Below, one piece after another: positions 54,976-64,000 of a DNA stretch of 64,000 nucleotides. Below the pieces are notes generated by a model. It made no database searches. It was not told where the DNA came from and was given only the letters and a program-made list of their open reading frames with translations. This DNA comes from Thermoanaerobaculia bacterium (GTDB lineage: Bacteria; Acidobacteriota; Thermoanaerobaculia; UBA5066). Position 1 is the stretch's first letter. Each line of letters starts with the position of its first letter. Location of the stretch: positions 680,396-744,395 of the forward strand of contig CAWFJJ010000024.1 of assembly GCA_963816185.1 (NCBI GenBank), read 5' to 3'. A program made the position numbers and the translations under genes.

Positions 54976-54977
54976 GC

Positions 54978-54997
54978 TTGACAGGAATCTTCATGGG
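54978..54997 (+). promoter_or_regulatory. -35 half of the IS circle-junction promoter
   Basis: TTGACA at 54978; joining the IS ends places TTCAAT exactly 17 bp downstream. Confidence 0.7.
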
Positions 54998-55096
54998 CAA
55001 GCTCAGCGGCGAGCGCAGCGAGCGAGATGGGATGAGAAGGCCGGTCTCCCCGGCGCAGTCGGAAAATTCGCTGCAGGAAGAAAACGGGCTTGAGGC

Positions 55097-55424
55097 TGCT
55101 CTGCTCCCCAATTTACTAGACAGGTGAAGATTGAAGTTTAAGTTCACGAAACTCCATGGGCGAAAGCATGCCGAGGGAAGAGTGGGGGGCGATGCGGTTG
55201 TAGTCGTCGATTCAGGCGGGGAGCTGCCGGATGACGGTTTCGGCGTCTGAAAGATCGGCGACCTGGGCGTAGTCATGCTTGATCGTGTTCACGAAGGCTT
55301 CGGCCATTCCGTTGGACTCGGGGCTGTAGGCCGGCGTCGTCAGTGGAAACTCCGCCATAACGGCTCGCCTTTCTGGATCCGATTCTGGACCCGGAAGTGT
55401 CTAGCCGAGATGGGGGGCAGAGCA
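55097..55424 (-). mobile_element. Internally deleted IS3-family (IS2-like) remnant
   Basis: TG...CA ends with IRs TGCTCTGCTCCCC / GGGGGGCAGAGCA; encodes SPESNGMAEAFV...DYN...PHSSLG with a stop. Confidence 0.8.
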
Positions 55425-55568
55425 ACGAGGCTCCCGGTCGGCTGAGAGAGTGACGAGCAGGAGCCCCGCGATGACGCCTAGTGCAAGGCCGACGATGAAC
55501 ACTGCGGCTGTTCGCGCGCGTTGGGTCACGAGCCGACCTCCCTCAATTACATGTGGAGTGGAAGGCAT
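55425..55568 (-). pseudogene. 5' part of a cassette gene (one TM) interrupted by the IS3 remnant
   Basis: ORF begins just after attC 55574 and runs into the IS end. Confidence 0.45.
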
Positions 55569-55573
55569 TCGCA

Positions 55574-55661
55574 GCCTAACGGGTGGCGCGTCAGCGGCGA
55601 GCAACGCGAGCGACCCGAGCGAAGCGAGGGACGGCGAGTCCGCTGCACGCGCATGTTAGGC
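55574..55661 (-). other. attC site
   Basis: GCCTAAC...TCAGCGG...CCGCTGCA...GTTAGGC. Confidence 0.88.
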
Positions 55662-55741
55662 GGCGGCTCAGAAAGCACCACAGACTCCATCCGGTGTGCT
55701 CAACACTCTGCCATTCACCAAGTCAACATCTACCCGAAGCC

Positions 55742-56614
55742 TCACCGCCGTCCGCCGCTCCGGGCCAGTTCGCACAGGGCCTCCGCCAGGAGCGCGTTGA
55801 AGGCCTCGGGCTGCTCGAGCATGAGGTAATGCCCCGCTCCCTTCATTATCGCCGCCTGGTAGCCGGGGGCATACTTGCGGTTGCCCTCCAAGTTGGTGGG
55901 AAACAGGTCGGAGCTGATGGCGCAGATGGGGGCCTTGATCTCGCGCAGCGCCGGCAGCGGGCTGTAGGCCATGCTGGAGCGGGCGACGGCCACGCTAATC
56001 TCCTGCGGCGCCGACAGCACCGTTTCCAGCACGCGCGCCTTGATGGGCTCGGGCGTGCTCGCTGAGAAAAGGTATTGCGACGTTATGGCGGTGGTCGTGG
56101 CCCGGTAGTCGGCCTGCAGCGCCGACAGGAACTTCTCCATCTCCTCGGCCGCGATCCTTCCCTCGAAGTCCACCCAGCTGTCCACCAACACCAGGCCGGC
56201 CACCCGGCCCGGCATGCGGCGCGCGGCCTCCAGGACCGCCGGCCCGCCAAGGGAGTGGCCGATGAGCACCACTCGCTTCAAGCCCAGCGCCTCGACCACC
56301 GACACCACGTCCTGGCCGAAAGCGGCCATCGTCCAGTCCTTGCGCCCGCGTCCGCTCTGGCCGTGGCCGGCCAGGTCGAGCGCGACGACGCGGTGCTTCG
56401 CGGCGAAGCGGGCCATCTGCCCGTCCCAGAAGCCCCGGTTGCAGCCCCCGCAGTGGACGAATACCAGGGCCGGATCGCCCTTGCCGGCCGCGTCATAGCG
56501 GATGAGGACCCCGTCGGGCGAGGTGGCGGTGCCGGAAACGGCCTCCTGGGAGCCGGCCCTGGCCGGCGGCGACAGTGCCACAAGGGCGATGACTAGGCCG
56601 AATGTGGTCTTCAT
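55742..56614 (-). CDS. Secreted alpha/beta hydrolase (gene cassette)
   Basis: Signal peptide, DLAGHG, GHSLGG, AGHY; AAGGAGG RBS. Confidence 0.9.
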   Translation of the reverse strand: MKTTFGLVIALVALSPPARAGSQEAVSGTATSPDGVLIRYDAAGKGDPALVFVHCGGCNRGFWDGQMARFAAKHRVVALDLAGHGQSGRGRKDWTMAAFGQDVVSVVEALGLKRVVLIGHSLGGPAVLEAARRMPGRVAGLVLVDSWVDFEGRIAAEEMEKFLSALQADYRATTTAITSQYLFSASTPEPIKARVLETVLSAPQEISVAVARSSMAYSPLPALREIKAPICAISSDLFPTNLEGNRKYAPGYQAAIMKGAGHYLMLEQPEAFNALLAEALCELARSGGRR

Positions 56615-56696
56615 CGAATCCTCCTTCGCCTCAGCGTGTCACCGCCGGAGGCAGCACTTCCCGAGGCTCGCGCACACCCACATCCGCGTCTGGTCC

Positions 56697-56753
56697 GCCT
56701 AACGATACCGCGTTCAGCGGCGAGCGCAGTGAGTCCGCAACGCGTTGTTAGGC
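56697..56753 (-). other. attC site
   Basis: GCCTAAC...TTCAGCGG...CCGC...GTTAGGC, 57 bp. Confidence 0.88.
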
Positions 56754-56759
56754 TGACTG

Positions 56760-57020
56760 CGGGTTCGGTCCAGGCACATGGGTTACACAGCAGTCCAGGC
56801 ACATGGGTGACACAGGGCAGAGTTCGGGCGGGAGGAGAAACGCCCGATGCCCTGGAAGGAGACGACACCCGTGGCCGAGAGGATGCAGAGCCTGGCGGAT
56901 TATCGAAGCGGGCTTTTCGCGGTGAGGTTTCTGGCCGAGCGGCACGGCGTGAGCCGCAAGACGCTCTACAAGTGGATCGAGAGATTCGAGGCGGAGGGTA
57001 CCTATGTGCCCGACCGTTCA
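56760..57020 (+). mobile_element. Internally deleted mini-IS481
   Basis: Left end and first ~50 codons match 60370 onward; joined near 56998 to the right end ACCTATGTGCCCGACC seen at 58392. Confidence 0.85.
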
Positions 57021-57039
57021 TCTGGAGTAGGATTACGAC

Positions 57040-57276
57040 ATGACGGACGCCGCCGTACGCCTGCGCGAGACCTTGCTGACGTTGCCCGAGGAAGACCGTG
57101 CGTGGCTGGCGGCAGAGCTGGCCGCAAGCCTTGACGGACCGCCGGACGCGGACGCGGCCGAGGCGTGGGATGCCGAGGTGCAGGGGCGGATAGCGGAAGT
57201 TAAGGCGGGGAAGGCGAAGCTGGTGAGCTGGGCCGAGGTGAGTGAACGCCTCGAGGGCCGGCTGAAGAAGCCTTGA
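57040..57276 (+). CDS. Addiction-module antitoxin
   Basis: LTLPEEDRAWLA...AWDAEVQGRI...LVSW pattern. Confidence 0.85.
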   Translation: MTDAAVRLRETLLTLPEEDRAWLAAELAASLDGPPDADAAEAWDAEVQGRIAEVKAGKAKLVSWAEVSERLEGRLKKP

Positions 57277-57590
57277 CGCGCCGAATTCGCGTGCACCCGG
57301 CCGCCGCTGAAGAGGCTGAGGCCGCGGTTGCGTGGTACGAGCACGAACGCGAAGGGCTTGGCCGAGCGCTGAAGGACGATTTCGACGCTGCCGCAGCACG
57401 ACTGGCTTCTGGCCTGGAAGATGGAATGCCCGCGCGAGGACGAGCCGCCGCGAGTGGCGCGCGACGACTGGTTCTGGGCCGATTCCATTACGACGTCGTA
57501 TTCCTGCTTGAAGGGACCGATGTGACGATCGTGGCCTATGCGCACCACGCGCGGCGTCCAGGCTACTGGCGCGATCGATTGCCCACCTAA
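57273..57590 (+). CDS. RelE/ParE family toxin
   Basis: HPAAAEE..WYE..GLG, RFHY, HHARRPGYW; overlaps the antitoxin. Confidence 0.88.
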   Translation: MTRRIRVHPAAAEEAEAAVAWYEHEREGLGRALKDDFDAAAARLASGLEDGMPARGRAAASGARRLVLGRFHYDVVFLLEGTDVTIVAYAHHARRPGYWRDRLPT

Positions 57591-57596
57591 GGATAT

Positions 57597-58414
57597 CGTT
57601 TCAATGAAGACGAGAAAAGGGCTGTCCTCGCCGACGTGGTCACCGAAGAATCGGGCCACACAGTTTAACGGGGTCAACCTCCGAGGAGGTGCCCCAAGCA
57701 AGGGAGGACAGCCCGATGAAATCTTATGTGGGACTGGACGTTCACAGCAAGTCGAGCGTTTTCATGATTCAGAACGAGCGGGGAGAGGAGCTGGGACGAG
57801 GCGAGGTGCCGACCTCTGTGGAAGGGTTTTCCTCGTTGCGGCTACGTTTCAAGCTTCGCGCCTCGACGCTGGTGGCTCTCGAATCGGGGACGATGGCGTT
57901 TTTTGCGGCGCGAAAGCTCAGTGAGCTGGGGCTTTCGCCTGTCGTGGTGGATGCGCGAGAGGTCAGGATCAAAGCCCATCGGCCCCGGCAGAAAAGCGAC
58001 ACGAGAGACGCCGTTGAACTGTGCGAAGGCCTGCGGCGTGGAATCTACCGGGGCCACTTCGAGGTCAGGCGCGTCAGCCGCAACGGCGGGATCCGCTGGA
58101 AGACGGGCTGGCTCAGCGTCAGCCACCCGCTGATCGACGAGTACGTCGGGCTCGAGGAGGTCGACGACGGCATCTGGAACCTGTACTTCGGTTCGCTGCT
58201 GCTGGGCCGCTTCGACGAGCGCGACAAGACACTCTATGCAGCCTTTTATGAACACCGGCCTTGGCACCGCGGCGGCCGCACTGGCCGCGGCGCTGAAGGC
58301 TCAACGCAAGAAGATTTCCGCGATCTCCACAGCGCGACGGCGACGAGGTAACTGTTGATAAGTGTTACCCATGTGCCTGGACCAAAGTGTTACCTATGTG
58401 CCCGACCATTCACA
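57597..58414 (+). mobile_element. Chimeric remnant: IS1111 left part fused to IS481 right part
   Basis: 57597-58050 matches 53558 onward; 58051-58351 matches 61412-61713; ends with IS481 repeats and ...TTCACA. Confidence 0.85.
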
Positions 58415-58449
58415 TACGGGCTTCGCTCTTTCCGTACGTGGCCACCTAG

Positions 58450-59810
58450 TAGACCGCATCGGGTTTTCTTGGACAGGTGATAAGACATCTGGTGTCCAAG
58501 GAGGTTCGTATGCGGAGGCGATTCAAGGGGGCCTCGGTGGACGCGACCGAAGCCGGAGGCGAGGTGGCGGCCACTGAGACCGGCGACGGACCGGAGAGGT
58601 GGACCTCGGGGCGGAAGGCCGACGTGGTCTTGCGGCTGCTGCGAGGCGAGGACGTGGCGACGGTGTCACGAGAGATCGGCGTGCCGGCCCACCAACTCGA
58701 GGAATGGCGGCGTGTTTTCGTCGAGGGCGGCAAGGGATACCTCAGGAGCCGGGGAGAGCCTGACCAGGAGCGCGAGCTGACGCGCGCCCGCGCCAAAGTG
58801 GGCGAACTGATGATGGAGTTGGAGCTGGCCGAGGGGCTCCTGAAAAAAAGGGGCTTCGGGGACGACCTGAAGAAGCTCGGACGATGAAAGACGAGGTCAG
58901 CCCGGCCACGGGACGCCGGTATCCCTTCACGATGATCTGCAGCGTCTATCGCCTGGCCCGCTCGAGCGGTTACGCAGCCGCAAATGGGCGGGATGTCGAC
59001 GCGGTGAACGTGAGGCCGGGCCCGCGGCCGAAGGTTTCTGACGAAGAGCTTCTGCAGTTGATCCGCAGCGAGATCGAAAGCTGCCCCTTTGTTGGGGAAG
59101 GCCACCGCAAGGTGCATTGCCGCCTCAATAAGCGTGGAACCGTCGTGGGCAGGGGCCGGATCCTTCGTCTGATGCGCCAGGACCGGCTGCTCGTGCCCCA
59201 GAGAACGCGCCGAGTCCACGGCAACGCGGCTCACGATGGAACGATCGTAACGAACAGATCGAACCAGATGTGGGGCACGGACGGGACGCGTTTCTACACA
59301 CGCCGGGATGGCTGGTGCTGGTTCTTTGGCGCGGTCGACCACGCCTCGGTCAAGGTCGTCGGCCACCACGTGGCCAAGATCGGCGATCGCTTCGCGGCGC
59401 TCGAGCCCATCAAGCAGGGCATCGCCGAGAACTTCGGCGGCTACGCCGGTGCCATCGCCGCCGGGCTGAAGCTGCGGTTGGACTGGGGCACTCAGTACAC
59501 ATCGCACGTTTTTGAAGGCGAGACGCGCTGGCTCGGAATCGAGCTGTCCCACTCCTTCGTCGCCGAGCCCCAGTGCAACGGCGTGGCCGAGCGCTTCATG
59601 CGAACGGTGAAAGAGGAATGTCTTTGGCTCTTCGACTTCGAAGACCTCGAGCAGGCGCGGGCCCAGATCGCCGAATTCATCGATCTTTACAACCACGAGT
59701 GGCTCATCGAGCGCCTCGGCTACCGGACACCGGCCGTCGCGCATCGAGAGCTGCTCCAGGAGGCGGCGTGATTAGCGCCGTTAACTGTCCAGGAAATCGG
59801 GTGCGGTACA
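58450..59810 (+). mobile_element. IS3-family element (orfA 58510-58887, orfB 58884-59771)
   Basis: IRs TAGACCGCATCGGG / TCGGGTGCGGTACA, CTAG duplication, A7G slippery site at 58843, DDE (WGTD, D.GTQY, NGVAERF). Confidence 0.9.
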
Positions 59811-60260
59811 CTAGCGACCTCGCGCGAAGCTCCTCATGAGAAACGAATACAGGGCGCACCCCACGCCGAGGATGATGGAGTACTGGATGGAAGCGAGAAT
59901 CCTGGCAGGGGTATGGGCCGGCTGATTGGTCCGAAGAAGCACGGCCAGCGAAGCTGCGCCCACTCCGATCATGCAAAGAAGAACGGACAGCCACAACCGA
60001 GCTGAGGGATTCTTCGTGACCGCTCCAGCGACGAGAGAAGACGGAAGATAGAAGAAGAGCCAGATCGCTAAGGCGAACGCAACGCTGAATGCGAGCACGC
60101 CGCCTGCGCTGAGCGCCGCCTCGCGATTGCCCCTAGAGAGAGCGCCCAGGACCACAGGAGAGAGAAAGGCCGCCATGAGGCCTGCAATCGCGGCGACAAC
60201 TAGGCACCCGGCGCCGATGTGAGCCAAGGCCTCCCTACGAAACACCGTGTCATCAGCCAT
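59811..60260 (-). CDS. Hypothetical membrane protein (gene cassette)
   Basis: Four TM segments; starts 17 bp after attC 60277. Confidence 0.7.
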   Translation of the reverse strand: MADDTVFRREALAHIGAGCLVVAAIAGLMAAFLSPVVLGALSRGNREAALSAGGVLAFSVAFALAIWLFFYLPSSLVAGAVTKNPSARLWLSVLLCMIGVGAASLAVLLRTNQPAHTPARILASIQYSIILGVGCALYSFLMRSFARGR

Positions 60261-60276
60261 GGCTGTGCATTCGTGA

Positions 60277-60364
60277 ACCTAACGATACCGAGCTCAGCGG
60301 CGAGCCGCAATGCCGGAAGAAACGCCAAGACGGCACCCGAGTCCGCTGCAGCGCGTTGTTAGGC
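60277..60364 (-). other. attC site
   Basis: ACCTAAC...CTCAGCGG...CCGCTGCA...GTTAGGC, 88 bp. Confidence 0.9.
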
Positions 60365-60369
60365 CCGGC

Positions 60370-63022
<2,653 letters not shown>

Positions 63023-63798
63023 CCTTAGGTCTACGGGGCCTACGATGACCTGTTCCGTGCCCTCCAAGACGTTTACGCCCAGGAGATCGAGCGAACTGCG
63101 ACCACGGCTCCGGATGATGCTTCCAGCCGTGATCTAGGGCAACACTTGGCGATTCTTTATGCCCGTCGGGTACTCCCAGATGATGGCGCGTTTCTGCATC
63201 GGTTTTTTGCTCTGGCTTCAGACGCTGTTCGCGCAGATACCATCGCTTTCATCGGCCGGGTACTTCACGCCGAGAAGAATCGGCGATTGCCGGATGTTCG
63301 AGAGCGATTCGAGGGATTCTGGCGAGAAAGGCTAGCCTCGCTCCGCGGCGCACCTGGGGGCTCGTTGCTGGAACTGGCGGCCTTTGGATCGTGGCTCCGG
63401 CCGACGCAGTTGATCCCGGAGTAACCGGCCTTCTCCTTCTTGATTCAGCCCCCCGCCTCCGAGGCGGCTTGCCGGTGTCCTACGGTCTTCTAACCCAGCT
63501 GGTGGCCTTTGCTCCGAAGTACCCGGAGATGGCTCTCGATCTACTTGAACAGTTCCTCGATGGCGAAGGTGATTCAGACAAGTTCTCGTGGCATGACCGA
63601 GAGATTCGCCCGATTCTCGTCGCCGCACGGGACGCTGGAGGGGGTGAAATCAAGCCGCAAGTGACGCGCGTCATCAGCAGACTAGGTGCCCGAGGTTCGC
63701 CGGTTTTCGTTTCCGTGCTGAAGGCAGGCGCCTCGGCGGAGGGAGGCGAGGGATCAAGACACTCGCCTACGCCGCCGCCCGGCGGCGAAGTCCAGTAG
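63023..63798 (+). pseudogene. 3' fragment of a large helical hypothetical protein, truncated by IS3 and frameshifted near 63400
   Basis: Frame is open from the IS end (…DLGQHLAILYARR…ELAAFGSW) and continues in another frame (…W..REIRPIL…ISRLGARG). Confidence 0.5.
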
Positions 63799-64000
63799 TA
63801 GTGCCCTTCGTGTCACCCGTTGCGGTCGTACCGGGGGAGGACCATGGTGCCGCGACCACTCGTGTGAACGGCCTCGCAGACCTCCTACCTTTTCAGCCTC
63901 TGCGCGACCGCGATATCACGCGCCGTGGTGGAGCTGAGTCGCCCGACCGCGCACCGAATCCTTGGTGCGCAGACTCTCGGCGTCGCTGACCGTTCGCGGA

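Larger units (their letters stand above)
53558..54997 (+). mobile_element. IS110 family, IS1111 group element inserted in attC
   Basis: Sub-terminal IRs ATGAAGA (53565) / TCTTCAT (54988), 7 and 3 nt from the ends; no TSD; the joined flanks rebuild an attC arm. Confidence 0.92.

Noticed and set aside
56768-56812. Tandem GTCCAGGCACATGGGT(T/G)ACAC repeats (also at ~58363-58410 and 60378-60422) as a CRISPR array
   Set aside because: Only two units with tiny spacers, at IS481 ends; these are transposase-binding repeats. No cas genes are present.
57689-58351. 220-aa ORF as a novel transposase
   Set aside because: It is a deletion fusion of IS110 N-terminal and IS481 C-terminal fragments and lacks a complete catalytic set.
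51718-60364. attC palindromes as REP elements or terminators
   Set aside because: RYYYAAC/GTTRRRY cores, gene-boundary positions and complementary cassette ends fit attC, and there are no U-tracts.

Overview
This is a high-GC bacterial window; the gene content suggests Acidobacteriota (Thermoanaerobaculia-like), which is an inference. It has three parts. (1) Core or housekeeping genes occupy 1-30.4 kb and 42-50 kb: queD-surE-pcm-acyP, ygfZ, NYN, NUDIX, an atypical sigma54/TPR-kinase operon, a class II GAPDH-like gene, FKBP, TrmH, an aminotransferase, an S9 peptidase, an acyl-CoA synthetase and a liv ABC transporter. These segments carry a recurring AT-rich TTCTAAGAA motif. (2) A defence island at 30.5-42.0 kb holds a type I R-M system (frameshifted hsdM, HsdR fused to a LexA-like S24 peptidase), an embedded TIR protein, an MNT-HEPN pair, and a TIR-wingedHelix-TPR protein lacking an NTPase. 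(3) A minus-strand integron cassette array at about 50.2-60.4 kb has five intact and three IS-interrupted attC sites, and no integrase lies in the window. The array is heavily invaded by IS elements. One is an IS110/IS1111 element inserted at the same attC position three times, whose 3' non-coding region has a stem-closed loop matching both flanks of the attC target (a candidate bridge/seekRNA). IS481 copies sit next to attC sites, and IS3-family elements and several internally deleted mini-IS are also present. No rRNA, tRNA or CRISPR array was seen. All calls are by eye, without database searches.
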